Below are positions 12,430 through 23,505 of a stretch of 51,687 bases of DNA, piece after piece (positions within the stretch are counted from its first letter, which is position 1; each line of letters starts with the position of its first letter). The notes under the pieces were generated by a model. That model had not been told where the DNA came from. It saw nothing but the letters and a program-made list of their open reading frames with translations, and did not search any database. The translations under genes and the position numbers were made by a program. The stretch lies in NCBI GenBank assembly GCA_020048435.1, contig JAIFMO010000131.1, positions 1 through 51,687 of the forward strand, given 5' to 3'. The DNA is from Sulfuritalea sp. GTDB lineage: Bacteria > Pseudomonadota > Gammaproteobacteria > Burkholderiales > Rhodocyclaceae.

Positions 12430-13799
12430 CAGCCAGCAGCATGCTCTCGACCTTCGCGGCCTTTGCACTGGCCTTGGGTGTATTGATTGTGGTTCATGAA
12501 TATGGCCACTATCTGGCGGCCCGGCTCTGTGGCGTGAAGGTGTTGCGCTTCTCGGTAGGTTTCGGCCGGGTATTGTGGCTGCGTCGCTTTGGGCGCGATC
12601 AAACCGAGTGGGCCATCGCGGCTTTTCCGCTGGGCGGCTATGTCAAGATGCTCGACGAGCGGGAGGGTGAGGTGTTGCCCACCGAGGCGCATCGATCCTT
12701 CAACCACCAGTCGCTGGGACGGCGTTCCATTATTGTCGCGGCGGGGCCGTTCGCCAATTTTCTGCTGGCCATTGTGCTTTATTGGGCGCTATTCATCCAC
12801 GGCGCGACCGAACTGCGGCCTGTCCTCGGCGCCCCATTGGCCGATTCGCCGGCCGCGCACGCCGGGGTGATGGCGGGCGAGGTCGTGCGATCGGTATCCG
12901 GCAAACCGGTTGCCACCTGGTCTGAACTGCGTTGGGAAATCATGCAGCACGCGCTTGACCGCACCCCGCTGGCGCTCGAAGTCATCAATGAGCGTAACGA
13001 GATTTCTTTGCGCGAGGTGGCCACCGCCGGCCTGGCTGCCAGTGAAATGGAAAGCGATATGGTCAAGTCGCTGGGTTTCAGCCTTTTTCGGCCGCATTTG
13101 AAGCCAGTTATCGGCTCTATTTCACCTGATTCGCCTGCTGCCCGGGCAGGCATTCAGATAGGGGACGAGGTTACGGCCATCAATGGCCAGCCGATGACGG
13201 CTTGGCAGGATGTCGCCAGCCGCATTCGGCAGACGATGGAGGGGGCGCTGACGATCTCCTTGTTGCGGGATGGCCGCACCCTGGAACTGGCGGTGACACC
13301 GGCGGTTGTCGAAGAGCAGGGTCGTCGCTTTGGTCGCATCGGCATCGGCGTGCACGAAGATCAGGCGGCGTTCGATGCCATGATGATCAAGGTTTCTTAC
13401 GGTCCGATTGACGCGGCTGGCAGATCACTGCGGCTGACCTGGGAAACGTCGGTGCTGACCCTGCGCATGATGGGACGCATGCTCATGGGCGAGCTTTCCT
13501 GGAAAAACATTTCCGGCCCGGTCACCATTGCCGACTATGCCGGACAATCGGCCCGAATGGGCTCAGACCATTTTCTGCGCTTCCTGGCACTGATCAGTAT
13601 CAGCCTTGGCGTGTTGAATCTGCTGCCTATTCCGGTCCTCGACGGGGGGCATTTGCTGTATTATTTCGCGGAATTTGTCCGGGGCGGGCCGCTGTCCGAG
13701 CGCGTCATGGAAATTGGCCAGCAAATCGGCCTATCCTTATTGTCTTTACTGATGATTTTTGCCTTATATAACGACATTAATCGTTTGATCTCCGGCTAA
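12426..13799 (+). CDS. rseP: RIP metalloprotease RseP
   Basis: HEYGH zinc motif, two PDZ domains, [11 protein letters not shown]. Confidence 0.97.
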   Translation: MTASSMLSTFAAFALALGVLIVVHEYGHYLAARLCGVKVLRFSVGFGRVLWLRRFGRDQTEWAIAAFPLGGYVKMLDEREGEVLPTEAHRSFNHQSLGRRSIIVAAGPFANFLLAIVLYWALFIHGATELRPVLGAPLADSPAAHAGVMAGEVVRSVSGKPVATWSELRWEIMQHALDRTPLALEVINERNEISLREVATAGLAASEMESDMVKSLGFSLFRPHLKPVIGSISPDSPAARAGIQIGDEVTAINGQPMTAWQDVASRIRQTMEGALTISLLRDGRTLELAVTPAVVEEQGRRFGRIGIGVHEDQAAFDAMMIKVSYGPIDAAGRSLRLTWETSVLTLRMMGRMLMGELSWKNISGPVTIADYAGQSARMGSDHFLRFLALISISLGVLNLLPIPVLDGGHLLYYFAEFVRGGPLSERVMEIGQQIGLSLLSLLMIFALYNDINRLISG

Positions 13800-13803
13800 C
13801 ACA

Positions 13804-16122
13804 ATGAATAAGAAACTGATTGCAGGCTTGTTGTCCACCCTGACGACTCTGGGCGCGGCGGTGTTATCGACCTCCGCGCTTGCCTTTGAACCCTTCAAGG
13901 TGACAGATATCCGTATCGAGGGCATCCAGCGCACGGAAGCCGGCACGGTTTTTAGTTATCTGCCGGTCAAGGTTGGTGACACCATGACCGACGATAAGGC
14001 GGCGCAGTCCGTCAAAGCCCTGTTCGGTACCGGGTTCTTCAAGGATGTGCGCATCGAGATCGACAAGAATGTGCTGGTCGTCATCGTCGAGGAACGCCCG
14101 GCTATCGCCTCGATCGACTTCGTTGGCATCAAGGCCTTCAAGAAGGAAGACCTGCTGAAGGGGCTGAAAGAAGTGGGGCTCGCCGAGTCGCGTATTTTCG
14201 ACCGTGCATTGATCGAACGCGCCGAACAGGAACTCAAGCGGCAGTACCTCAGTCAGGGTTATTACGCTGTGCAGATCACGGTAACGGTGACGCCGCTGGA
14301 ACGCAATCGCATCGGCATCAGCGTAAGCGTTGACGAGGGCAGCATCGCCAAGATCAGGCAGATCAACATCGTCGGCGCCAAGGCAGTCAAGGAAAGCGAA
14401 TTACTGGATCTGTTCGTGCTGCGCTCGCCAGGCTTTTTGACCTGGTACACCAAGAACGACCAGTATTCGAAGCAGAAACTCTCCGCCGATCTCGAAACCT
14501 TGCGCTCTTTTTATCTGGATCGCGGTTTCATGGAGTTCAATATCGAGTCGACCCAGGTGTCGATATCCTCCGACAAGCAGGATATCTACATCACCATCAA
14601 TGTCACCGAAGGCGAAAAGTACACCGTGTCGTCGGTCAAACTGGCGGGCAACCTGACGTTGCCGGAAGCGGAACTGACAAAGTTGGTGCAGGTGAAGCCA
14701 GGCGAGATATTTTCCCGCGAGAAAATGACGGAGACGACGAAGGCCATCAGCGACCGTCTCGGTAACGATGGCTACGCCTTTGCCAACGTCAACGCCGCGC
14801 CTGAACTCGATAAGGCCAAGCGGACCGCCGCATTCACCATTTTCGTCGACCCGGGTCGGCGTGTGTATGTGCGTCGCATTTCCGTTACCGGCAATAACAA
14901 GACGCGTGACGAGGTCATTCGCCGCGAGATGCGGCAACTGGAAGCCGCCTGGTACGACGCAGAGAAGATCAACAAGTCACGCTCGCGTGTCGATAAGCTT
15001 GGCTATTTTGAAGAAGTGACCATCGAAACGCCGCCGGTGGCTGGAACCACCGATCAGGTCGATGTGAATGTGAATGTGAAAGAAAAGCCAACCGGCAACA
15101 TCATGTTGGGTGCTGGCTATTCAAGCGCGGAAGGTGCCACGCTTTCGGGCTCGATACAGCAGGAAAACCTCTTCGGCAGTGGCAAGGCGATTGGTATTGG
15201 CGTGAATACCAGCAAGGTCAACACGCTGTATTCGCTTTCCTACACCGATCCCTATTTCACCGTCGATGGCGTCTCGCTTGGCTGGGATTTGTATCACCGC
15301 GACACCGATACCGCCTCGCTTGCCGTGGGCGCCTACGGTAGCCGCTCGTCGGGACTCGGCTTTCGCTTCGGTTTGCCTATTTCCGAGGAAAACTCCCTCA
15401 GTCTAGGTCTCTCGGCCGATACCACCAAAATCAAGGTGACGGCAACCAGCCCCTTGGTCTATCAAAATTATGTACGCGACTTCGGCGCCACCAACAATAC
15501 GCTACTGGCCACCGCAGGCTGGGGCAAAGATACCCTGGATAGCCGTACCTATCCCATGAAGGGCTATGTCAGTCGTATCGGAGCCGAGGCGGCGCTGCCT
15601 GCGGGCAGCGTCAAATTCTGGAAAGCCAGCCTGGGACATACGCACTACATCCAGATCGGTCGCGATTATTCGCTGAAAATCAATGGTGAACTCGCTTCGA
15701 CCGATGGTTATGGCGGCAAGCCGTTGCCGTTCTACAAGAACCTCTACGCAGGCGGGATCGGCTCGGTTCGCGGTTACCAGGGCGGCACCATCGGACCCTA
15801 CGACGTGACGACGGAAGAGCGCATCGGTGGCACGCGGCGTGCGGTTGGCAACCTGGAATTCCTGTTCCCGATGCCCGGCATGGGCAAGGATCGTTCGGTG
15901 CGTCTGGGCGCATTTATCGATGGCGGCCGTGTCTGGGGCGAGAGCAGCAACCTGAGCACGGCATCGCCCAATAACGATGGCGGCGCGCGCTATAGCGCCG
16001 GTTTGTCGGTGGCATGGACATCGCCGGTCGGACCGCTGAAGTTCAGTTTCGCCAGCGCCCTCAACAAGAAGGCTGGCGACAAGACCGAGGGTGTGCAATT
16101 CACCATGGGCTCAGGCTTTTGA
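13804..16122 (+). CDS. bamA: Outer membrane protein assembly factor BamA
   Basis: Signal peptide, POTRA repeats (DIRIEGIQRTEAGTV), YAGGIGSVRGY, C-terminal F. Confidence 0.98.
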   Translation: MNKKLIAGLLSTLTTLGAAVLSTSALAFEPFKVTDIRIEGIQRTEAGTVFSYLPVKVGDTMTDDKAAQSVKALFGTGFFKDVRIEIDKNVLVVIVEERPAIASIDFVGIKAFKKEDLLKGLKEVGLAESRIFDRALIERAEQELKRQYLSQGYYAVQITVTVTPLERNRIGISVSVDEGSIAKIRQINIVGAKAVKESELLDLFVLRSPGFLTWYTKNDQYSKQKLSADLETLRSFYLDRGFMEFNIESTQVSISSDKQDIYITINVTEGEKYTVSSVKLAGNLTLPEAELTKLVQVKPGEIFSREKMTETTKAISDRLGNDGYAFANVNAAPELDKAKRTAAFTIFVDPGRRVYVRRISVTGNNKTRDEVIRREMRQLEAAWYDAEKINKSRSRVDKLGYFEEVTIETPPVAGTTDQVDVNVNVKEKPTGNIMLGAGYSSAEGATLSGSIQQENLFGSGKAIGIGVNTSKVNTLYSLSYTDPYFTVDGVSLGWDLYHRDTDTASLAVGAYGSRSSGLGFRFGLPISEENSLSLGLSADTTKIKVTATSPLVYQNYVRDFGATNNTLLATAGWGKDTLDSRTYPMKGYVSRIGAEAALPAGSVKFWKASLGHTHYIQIGRDYSLKINGELASTDGYGGKPLPFYKNLYAGGIGSVRGYQGGTIGPYDVTTEERIGGTRRAVGNLEFLFPMPGMGKDRSVRLGAFIDGGRVWGESSNLSTASPNNDGGARYSAGLSVAWTSPVGPLKFSFASALNKKAGDKTEGVQFTMGSGF

Positions 16123-16184
16123 TCCATCAGCTTTATGATCCAATGTATCGACTACCCCGGAATTTTTCTTGCAGGAGACCTACG

Positions 16185-16688
16185 TTGAAAAAAGTTCTGT
16201 TTTCCCTGTTGGCTGCTTCGTTTGTCCTGAGTGCCGCACCCGTGCTCGCCGATGCCAAAGTCGGCTTTGTCAATGGACAGAAAGTCGTTAACGATTCGCC
16301 GCAGGCGGCGAAGGCAAAGAAGAAGCTGGAAAAAGAATTCGAGAAGCGTGACCAGGAACTGCAACGCCAAGCCAAGCAATTGCAAACGATGCAGGAGGCG
16401 ATCGAGAAAAATTCCGTGACCATGACGGAGACTGATCGCCGTAACAAGGAGCGCGAATTCAATGATCTCACGCGCGAATTCCAGCGCAAGCAGCGCGAAT
16501 TCCGCGAAGATCTCAACCTGCGCCAGAATGAAGAAATGGCCGGGATTTACGAGCGAGTGAATAAGGTCATCAAACAGGTCGCCGAAGCAGATAAATACGA
16601 CATCATTTTTCAGGAAGCCGTCTACGTCAACCCCCGCCTGGACATAACCGACAAGGTTATCAAGGCGCTGGGTGACGGCGCCAAATAA
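16185..16688 (+). CDS. skp: Periplasmic chaperone Skp/OmpH
   Basis: TTG start after AGGAGA, signal peptide, coiled coil, DITDKVIKAL; located between bamA and lpxD. Confidence 0.93.
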   Translation: MKKVLFSLLAASFVLSAAPVLADAKVGFVNGQKVVNDSPQAAKAKKKLEKEFEKRDQELQRQAKQLQTMQEAIEKNSVTMTETDRRNKEREFNDLTREFQRKQREFREDLNLRQNEEMAGIYERVNKVIKQVAEADKYDIIFQEAVYVNPRLDITDKVIKALGDGAK

Positions 16689-16704
16689 ACCTGTCGTGTA
16701 GCTT

Positions 16705-17739
16705 ATGGTTAGCCTCGACGAGATCGTGGCCCACTTTGGCGGCGACCTTGTCGGCAACGGCGAGATTGCCATTACCAGCCTGGCCCCGCTGGGTAATGCC
16801 GGCCCCGGCCAGCTTGCCTTTCTTTCCAATTCGAAATATCAGGCGCAACTGGCGGAAACCCGCGCGGCTGCGGTGATTCTGTCGCCGACTGCAGCGGCCG
16901 CCTGCCCGGTGGCCGCCATCATTACGCCGCAACCCTATTTGTACTTTGCGCGCGTTGCTCGCTGGTTGCAGCCGCCGTTACAGGCGCCGCGCGGTATCCA
17001 TCCGTCGGCAGTGGTCGATAGTGCGATTCCCGGGAGTGCCTGCATCGGTCCCAATGTCCGCATCGGCGCCGATGTGCTTATTGGCGAAAACGCCATCATC
17101 GAAGCCAACTGTGTTATTGGCAGCGGTGTGGCCATTGGTGCGGATTCGATGGTGTACCCCAATGTCACGATTTATGACGGCTGTCGCGTTGGTGCCCGCG
17201 CGATCATTCATGCGGGTGCGGTTATCGGCTCGGACGGTTTCGGCTTCGCCCGCGAGGTGGATGGGCACTGGCTCAAGATTCCGCAGACCGGTAGCGTGAT
17301 CATCGGCAACGATGTGGAGATTGGCGCTAATACCACCATTGATCGCGGTGCGCTTGAAGATACCGTGATCGACGATGGCGTGAAACTGGACAACCAGATT
17401 CAGATCGCGCACAACGTCCGCGTCGGCGCCCACACTGCCATGGCGGGCTGCGTGGGCATCGCTGGTAGCGCCAGCATCGGCGCCCGCTGTACCATCGGTG
17501 GTGGAGCCATCATTCTCGGTCACCTCACCCTGGCCGACGAAGTTCACGTTTCGGCAGGAACACTGGTTACCAAATCGATCGCCCAAGCCGGCACTTACAC
17601 CGGAACCGTCCCATTTATGGCGCACGATGACTGGTTGAAGAACTTTGCGCGACTGCGCCATCTTGACGCGATGGCCGATAAAATACGCGCCCTCGAAAAG
17701 CGCTTGGCTCGGTTTGAAAATTTGCAGGAGAAAGATTAA
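16705..17739 (+). CDS. lpxD: UDP-3-O-(3-hydroxyacyl)glucosamine N-acyltransferase
   Basis: Hexapeptide repeats, [29 protein letters not shown]. Confidence 0.98.
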   Translation: MVSLDEIVAHFGGDLVGNGEIAITSLAPLGNAGPGQLAFLSNSKYQAQLAETRAAAVILSPTAAAACPVAAIITPQPYLYFARVARWLQPPLQAPRGIHPSAVVDSAIPGSACIGPNVRIGADVLIGENAIIEANCVIGSGVAIGADSMVYPNVTIYDGCRVGARAIIHAGAVIGSDGFGFAREVDGHWLKIPQTGSVIIGNDVEIGANTTIDRGALEDTVIDDGVKLDNQIQIAHNVRVGAHTAMAGCVGIAGSASIGARCTIGGGAIILGHLTLADEVHVSAGTLVTKSIAQAGTYTGTVPFMAHDDWLKNFARLRHLDAMADKIRALEKRLARFENLQEKD

Positions 17740-18186
17740 ATGACCAGCATGGATATTCACGAAATTCTCGAACATCTGCCGCACCGTTACCCCATCCTGC
17801 TGGTTGACCGCGTGCTCGAGGTCGTGCCCGGCGAACGCATCAAGGCACTGAAGAATGTCAGCGTAAACGAGCCATTCTTCCCCGGCCATTATCCCCATCA
17901 CCCGGTGATGCCGGGTGTGCTGATGATCGAGGCGCTGGCGCAAGCGGCCGCCATTCTTTCTTTCAAAACCCTGGGCGGCAAGCCTGACGAAAAGTCTGTC
18001 TACTATTTTGTCGGCATCGACGGCGCCCGCTTCAAGCGGCCCGTGACCCCGGGCGACCAACTGATTCTCGATGTTTCGATCATTCTCCATAAACGTGGCA
18101 TCTGGAAATTCGCCGCCAAGGCCACCGTGGAGGGACAGATGGCGGCCGAGGCCGAACTCATGTGCACCGTGCGAACCATCGAGTGA
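17740..18186 (+). CDS. fabZ: 3-hydroxyacyl-ACP dehydratase
   Basis: [31 protein letters not shown]. Confidence 0.98.
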   Translation: MTSMDIHEILEHLPHRYPILLVDRVLEVVPGERIKALKNVSVNEPFFPGHYPHHPVMPGVLMIEALAQAAAILSFKTLGGKPDEKSVYYFVGIDGARFKRPVTPGDQLILDVSIILHKRGIWKFAAKATVEGQMAAEAELMCTVRTIE

Positions 18187-18965
18187 CCGTGGCACTGATA
18201 CATCCCACTGCCATCGTTCAACCGGGCGCCCGCCTTGGCGCTGGCGTCGAGATTGGTGCCTATTCACTGGTTGGCGAGCATGTCGAAATCGGCGACAACA
18301 GCTGGATCGGGCCGCATGTGGTCGTCAATGGCCATACCCGTATAGGCTGCGACAACCGCATCTTCCAGTTCAGTTCGATCGGCGAGATTCCGCAGGACAA
18401 GAAATACGCCGGGGAACCCACCCGGCTTGAAATTGGCGACCGCAACACCATTCGTGAGTTTTGTACGCTCAATTGCGGTACGGCGCAGGATGTCGGCGTT
18501 ACCCGTCTTGGTAATGATAATTGGATCATGGCCTACGTCCATTTCGCGCACGACTGCCAGGTTGGTAACAACACCATTTTCGCCAATAATGCCCAACTGG
18601 CCGGCCATGTTCATGTGGGCGACTGGGCGATACTCGGCGGCTTTACCGTAGTGCACCAGTTTGTCCGCATCGGCGCTCACTGTCTGACGGCGATGGGTAC
18701 CATCCTGTTGCAGGACATGCCGCCTTTCGTCACGGCTTCCGGCAATCCGTCGGCGCCGCACGGTATCAACAGCGAGGGCCTGAAGCGGCGCGGATTCTCA
18801 GCTCCAGCCATCACCGTGATCAAGCGCGCTTACAAGACGCTCTACAAATCAGGGCTGCCGCTGGCCGAAGCGCAGACGGTTATCGCCGCCGAGGCTGTCA
18901 ATGTCCCGGAATTGCGGCCACTGGCGGATTTTCTCGCCGCGTCCGGCCGAGGCATTATCCGGTAA
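18183..18965 (+). CDS. lpxA: Acyl-ACP--UDP-N-acetylglucosamine O-acyltransferase
   Basis: [28 protein letters not shown]; GTG start at 18183 or 18189. Confidence 0.98.
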   Translation: MTVALIHPTAIVQPGARLGAGVEIGAYSLVGEHVEIGDNSWIGPHVVVNGHTRIGCDNRIFQFSSIGEIPQDKKYAGEPTRLEIGDRNTIREFCTLNCGTAQDVGVTRLGNDNWIMAYVHFAHDCQVGNNTIFANNAQLAGHVHVGDWAILGGFTVVHQFVRIGAHCLTAMGTILLQDMPPFVTASGNPSAPHGINSEGLKRRGFSAPAITVIKRAYKTLYKSGLPLAEAQTVIAAEAVNVPELRPLADFLAASGRGIIR

Positions 18966-19011
18966 TGAAGTCTCCCCGCGGACCTCTTGTGGCAGTCAGG
19001 CAGCGGCATAG

Positions 19012-20169
19012 ATGAGCATCACGATTGCCATGGTGGCCGGCGAGGCTTCCGGCGACATGCTGGCAGCGCATTTGATCGCCGCGCTGAAGAAGCATCTGCC
19101 CGATGTCCGCTTTGTCGGCATCGGCGGGCCGCGCATGGAAGCACAAGGCTTCGATGCCTGGTGGCCGGCGGAGAAACTTTCCGTGCGTGGTTATGCCGAA
19201 GTGCTGCGACATTACCGCGAGATCACGGGCATCCGTCGCAAGTTGCTGGCGCGCCTCAAGGTCGAGCAGCCTTCCGTATTCATTGGCGTCGATGCGCCCG
19301 ACTTCAATCTCTGGTTGGAGCGGCGGCTCAAGTCGCGGGGCATTCCCACCATTCATTACGTCAGCCCGTCGGTCTGGGCTTGGCGCGGCGGACGGATCAA
19401 GAGCATCGCCCGCGCCGTCACGCACATGCTGGCCCTGTTTCCGTTCGAGCCGAAACTCTACCGGCAGCAGGATGTGCCCGTCAGCTATGTCGGCCATCCC
19501 CTGGCTGACATGATTCCTCTGGAACGAGACCGTATCGCAGCGCGTGAGCGACTCGACATCGACGGGGCCGGTCCCGTGGTCGCCTTGCTGCCGGGCAGTC
19601 GCCAGTCCGAGTTGCGCTGCATGGGTGAATTGTTCATTGAAACCGCGCAATTATTCGCTGCCCGATTTCCGACGGCCCGCTTTCTTGTGCCGCTGGCAAC
19701 GCGCGAAACGCGCAATCTGTTCGAAACCGGCATATGGAAACTTGGCGCACAGGAAATGCCGATCAAGCTGATGTTCGGCCATGCCCAAGAGGCATTGGCT
19801 GCCGCCGATGTGGCGTTGGTGGCGAGCGGTACGGCCACGCTGGAAGCGGCCCTGATCAAGACGCCCCTGGTCGCCGCCTATCGCATGTCGCCATGGTCGT
19901 GGCGGCTGATGCGGCGCATGCGCTACCAGCCCTGGGTTGCGCTGCCCAATATTCTCGCCGGGCGTTTCGTCGTGCCTGAATTTTTGCAGGACGACGCTAC
20001 AGCCGAAAATCTGGCGCAGGCACTGGGTAATCTCTATGCCGACAGTCTCTTGCGGGAGAAACTTGAGCAGGTATTTGGGGAAATCCACCGCACGCTACGG
20101 CAGAACACGGCCGAAAAGGCGGCTGCCGCGATTCTGCCGTATATTCATGGCGGTTCGGCGTCGGCATGA
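19012..20169 (+). CDS. lpxB: Lipid-A-disaccharide synthase
   Basis: [30 protein letters not shown]. Confidence 0.98.
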   Translation: MSITIAMVAGEASGDMLAAHLIAALKKHLPDVRFVGIGGPRMEAQGFDAWWPAEKLSVRGYAEVLRHYREITGIRRKLLARLKVEQPSVFIGVDAPDFNLWLERRLKSRGIPTIHYVSPSVWAWRGGRIKSIARAVTHMLALFPFEPKLYRQQDVPVSYVGHPLADMIPLERDRIAARERLDIDGAGPVVALLPGSRQSELRCMGELFIETAQLFAARFPTARFLVPLATRETRNLFETGIWKLGAQEMPIKLMFGHAQEALAAADVALVASGTATLEAALIKTPLVAAYRMSPWSWRLMRRMRYQPWVALPNILAGRFVVPEFLQDDATAENLAQALGNLYADSLLREKLEQVFGEIHRTLRQNTAEKAAAAILPYIHGGSASA

Positions 20170-20751
20170 TCTGCGGCAAATGAAAGAGCCCCCCACACTC
20201 GCTCCGCTCGTTGCCCCCCACCGGGGGGCGCGCGCCTTGGGGCGGCCCTGCGGCGTCGACGAAGCGGGCAGGGGGCCGCTGGCCGGAGCGGTGTTCGCGG
20301 CGGCGGTGATCCTCGATCCAGCGCAGTCGCCATCAAGGCTTCCGCGCTGGCCTGGTCTATCGCTTCGGCTTCTGTGGAGGAGATCGATAGCCTGAACATC
20401 CTGCAGGCCACGCTGCTGGCCATGCGCCGCGCGGTCGAGGGTTTGGCGCCGCAGCCAAGTGAAGCCCTGATCGATGGCAACCGCTGCCCACTGCTTGACA
20501 TGCCCGCCCGCGCCATCATAGGCGGCGACGCCACCGTGGCGGAAATATCCGCCGCCTCGATTCTGGCCAAAACCGCGCGCGATGCTGCCATGCGCGTGCT
20601 TCACCAAAGTTTTCCGCAATACGGTCTCGACCGCCACAAGGGTTACGGCACCGCCGCGCATCTTGCCGCGCTGGCCGTGCATGGCCCGGCGCCGTTTCAT
20701 CGCCGCAGTTTCGCCCCGGTACGCCAACTTCTTTCAGGTGCCTCGCCATGA
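20166..20751 (+). pseudogene. rnhB: Ribonuclease HII with a 5' insertion and a frameshifting deletion near 20322
   Basis: [13 protein letters not shown] in one frame; [28 protein letters not shown] and HKGYGT in another; the DSK motif is absent. Confidence 0.88.
20178..20254 (+). mobile_element. 77-bp GC-rich miniature insertion flanked by a 7-bp direct repeat CTGCGGC
   Basis: ATG ATC TGC GGC [insert ending CTGCGGC] GTC GAC; removing it restores MICGVDEAG; internal CCCCCC-ACC-GGGGGG hairpin. Confidence 0.65.
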
Positions 20752-21209
20752 TGCCCGTCCTCGTTCTGCTCCATCTTGCCGGTGTCATCATCTGGGTCGG
20801 CGGCATGTTTTTCGCCCACTATTGCCTGCGCCCTGTCGCCGCAGCGCAACTGGCGCCGCCGCAGCGGCTGCCTTTCCTCGCGGCGGTGCTGGGACGCTTC
20901 TTCGCCACGGTGGCCGTGGCCGTCGGCGTCATTCTTGGTTCTGGTTTTTCGATGATGCTGACGGTAGGCTTCAAGAATGCCCTGTTGCACTGGCACCTCA
21001 TGACCGCGACCGGATTGGTGATGACGGCGATCTTCGTCTACATCTATCTCGTGCTGTATCCCCGCCTCGAAGCTGGTGTGGCGGCGCAGGCGTGGCCGGT
21101 GGCCGGCGCGGCGATGGATCGCATCCGCAAGCTGGTTGCCTTCAATCTTGGCCTCGGCGCGGCGACCATCCTGATTGCGACGCTGGGGGCTTATTTTGGC
21201 AGGGGCTGA
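20748..21209 (+). CDS. CopD-like four-helix membrane protein
   Basis: [18 protein letters not shown] pattern, four hydrophobic helices. Confidence 0.75.
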   Translation: MMPVLVLLHLAGVIIWVGGMFFAHYCLRPVAAAQLAPPQRLPFLAAVLGRFFATVAVAVGVILGSGFSMMLTVGFKNALLHWHLMTATGLVMTAIFVYIYLVLYPRLEAGVAAQAWPVAGAAMDRIRKLVAFNLGLGAATILIATLGAYFGRG

Positions 21210-21227
21210 TTTGATCGTTCGTCCCGG

Positions 21228-22190
21228 TCAAATCGCGGCAAGCCCGGCGAGCAGGGCGCGCCAGGCCGCTACTTCGCCAGCCGGCTCGAACAGCCCCTGC
21301 CGCCCGATTACGGCTTCGTGCAGTTGCCCGAGAAGCTTGTCATCCGTTACGGCCCGGCGCAGGAGGCCGGCGAGTGCCGCCGTATCCGCCACCGGGAAAT
21401 AAGCCGGATAGTCGTCGCCGAGCAGGCCACGATTTCCCGGAATGTCGCTGGCGATCACCGGCACGCCATGGACGATAGCCTCGGATACCACATGCGCGCC
21501 ACCTTCCATGCGCGAACTGACAATCAGCGCATGACTTTCACGCAGCAGCTTCAACGCCCGCCCGTGGGGAATTTCGCCAAGCCAGCGGAAACGGGGTTCG
21601 GTCGCCATGATTTCCTCCGCGCTCGTGGCCCAATCGGGCGACAAGGCGGCGCCGGCCTGCCGCAGACGGATTTTGGGGAGATCGGGCAGCATTCCGAGCG
21701 CCAGTGCCCCGCGCAACGGGTCCTTTTCCTCGCGCAGATGGCCGATGACGGAAAAAAGATGGTGACGACGCGGCGGTTGCCAGGGTCCGCGCGGGGTTTC
21801 CGACTGGTGAATGACATGCGCTTTGCCGCGCTGTACTGGCGTCAATTCATCAAGCGCCGCCGCTTGCAGGACGACGAGCCGATCCGCCAGTTCCAGCGAA
21901 TCGGCGGCGTCGGCATCGATGTGGATATCGCGATAGACATCCGTGCCCGTGAGGGCCAGCAACAGCGGCCGCGACGGGTGTCGGGCCCGCCAGGCCATCA
22001 TTGCCGGACGACTTCTGCGGGCGTGCAGGGCGATCATGACCGCTTGGTCACCGTCATTCCATTCCGTCGTTACCTCAACATGCCAGCCAAGACAACGCAG
22101 AATGCCCGCCCAGCGCACGGCAGTGTTGCGGTTGCCGGTGCGCGACAGGGGCGGGGCGGGGGTGACGATCACACAATGTGGCTGGCTCAT
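21228..22190 (-). CDS. senB: GT4 glycosyltransferase resembling selenoneine selenosugar synthase SenB (TIGR04348 type)
   Basis: IVTPA..RTGNRNTAVRW, MIALHARRS, LALTGTDVYRDI, GHLREEKDP, SRMEGGAHVVSEA. Confidence 0.8.
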   Translation of the reverse strand: MSQPHCVIVTPAPPLSRTGNRNTAVRWAGILRCLGWHVEVTTEWNDGDQAVMIALHARRSRPAMMAWRARHPSRPLLLALTGTDVYRDIHIDADAADSLELADRLVVLQAAALDELTPVQRGKAHVIHQSETPRGPWQPPRRHHLFSVIGHLREEKDPLRGALALGMLPDLPKIRLRQAGAALSPDWATSAEEIMATEPRFRWLGEIPHGRALKLLRESHALIVSSRMEGGAHVVSEAIVHGVPVIASDIPGNRGLLGDDYPAYFPVADTAALAGLLRRAVTDDKLLGQLHEAVIGRQGLFEPAGEVAAWRALLAGLAAI

Positions 22191-22204
22191 GCGAAGATGG
22201 TGCC

Positions 22205-23050
22205 ATGAAATTACTGTCTTCGCGCGATAACCCGACTTTCAAGGCGCTGCGTGCCCTGGTGGCCGACGCTCGCGAGCAGCGGCGCGGCGGCCGCACGCTG
22301 CTTGACGGGCCGCATCTGGTGGCGGCCTATCGCGACAAGGTGGGGCTGCCGCGCAGGCTGGCGGTAAGCGAATCGGGACAATCCAAGCATGAAATATCGA
22401 TGCTGGTCGAGCGTTGTGCCGGCGCCGAAGTGTTGCTGCTGCGCGATGGCCTGTTTCGCGAACTCGCCGGCGTCGATACGCCCGTGGGCATCCTGGCTGA
22501 GATCGAGATACCCGCCGAGCCGACGACGACGGTCACGACTTCCTGCGTGCTGCTTGACGGCGTGCAGGATGCCGGCAATGTCGGCGCCATCCTGCGCACC
22601 GCCGATGCTGCCGGCGTGCATGACGTATTGCTCGGTCCCGGTTGCGCCGGCGCGTGGACGCCCCGCGTCATGCGTGCGGCGCAGGGCGCCCATTTCGACC
22701 TCGCCATCCGCGAGCGCGTCGACCTGGTGGCGTTCATGGGTTGTTATGGTGGCGCCGCCATCGCCACGGTGGCTCGCGACGGCGTTTCGTTGTATTCGCT
22801 CGACCTCTCGGGCTCGGTGGCGTGGGTCTTCGGCAACGAGGGTGCCGGCGTCTCGGAAAAGTCGGCGCTAGCGGCACGGCTACGGGCGAGCATTCCGCTC
22901 GCGCCCGGCTGCGAATCGCTCAATGTAGCGGCGGCGGCGGCAATCTGTCTGTTCGAGGAAAGGCGGCAGAAGCTGTATAGAATGACCGCGCGGGTTGCCA
23001 ATGAACAGACGGCGAATCAGGTGGCGAATCCGTCCCCGAAACGAGCATGA
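22205..23050 (+). CDS. TrmH/SpoU-family RNA methyltransferase
   Basis: LDGVQDAGNVGAILRTA, FGNEGAGV, ESLNVAAAAAICLFE. Confidence 0.93.
   Translation: MKLLSSRDNPTFKALRALVADAREQRRGGRTLLDGPHLVAAYRDKVGLPRRLAVSESGQSKHEISMLVERCAGAEVLLLRDGLFRELAGVDTPVGILAEIEIPAEPTTTVTTSCVLLDGVQDAGNVGAILRTADAAGVHDVLLGPGCAGAWTPRVMRAAQGAHFDLAIRERVDLVAFMGCYGGAAIATVARDGVSLYSLDLSGSVAWVFGNEGAGVSEKSALAARLRASIPLAPGCESLNVAAAAAICLFEERRQKLYRMTARVANEQTANQVANPSPKRA
22857..22880 (-). repeat. Dispersed 26-bp motif, near-perfect reverse copy inside the TrmH gene
   Basis: Reverse complement GCCGTGCCGCTAGCGCCGACTTTT; read as KSALAAR. Confidence 0.88.
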
Positions 23051-23056
23051 GGAGCG

Positions 23057-23503
23057 ATGATGCAAGTTGAATGGTGGCACTGGGCGGTTGCTGGCATTGC
23101 GCTGATCCTGGCGGAGTTGTTTGTGCCGGCTTTCGTGCTGATCTGGTTCGGTCTGGGTGGCCTGGTGATGGCAGTGGTGGTAGCGGTCGCGCCGATGCTG
23201 GGCATCACCAGTCAATTGGGTCTATGGCTGATCGTGTCGCTGGCGCTGACAGCCTATTGGTTCAAGGTGTTCAAACCCAACCAGCACAAGACCCACATCG
23301 GCATGTCGGCGAGCGAGGTAATCGGCGAGATCGGCATGCTCACACACGATGTCGCGCCGTTCGCGCGCGGCGAGGTGCGCTTCCAGAAGCCGTTGGTCGG
23401 GGCCGATGTCTGGCCCTGCATCGCCGACGAGGAAATCAAGGCGGGCGAACGGGTCATCGTGCTGGCCGTAGAAGGCAGTCTTTTAAAAATCAGGAGGAGT
23501 TGA
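23057..23503 (+). CDS. NfeD-family membrane protein
   Basis: WWHWAVAGIALILAEL N-terminus, C-terminal OB-fold-like segment; directly upstream of an SPFH gene. Confidence 0.88.
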   Translation: MMQVEWWHWAVAGIALILAELFVPAFVLIWFGLGGLVMAVVVAVAPMLGITSQLGLWLIVSLALTAYWFKVFKPNQHKTHIGMSASEVIGEIGMLTHDVAPFARGEVRFQKPLVGADVWPCIADEEIKAGERVIVLAVEGSLLKIRRS

Positions 23504-23505
23504 TC

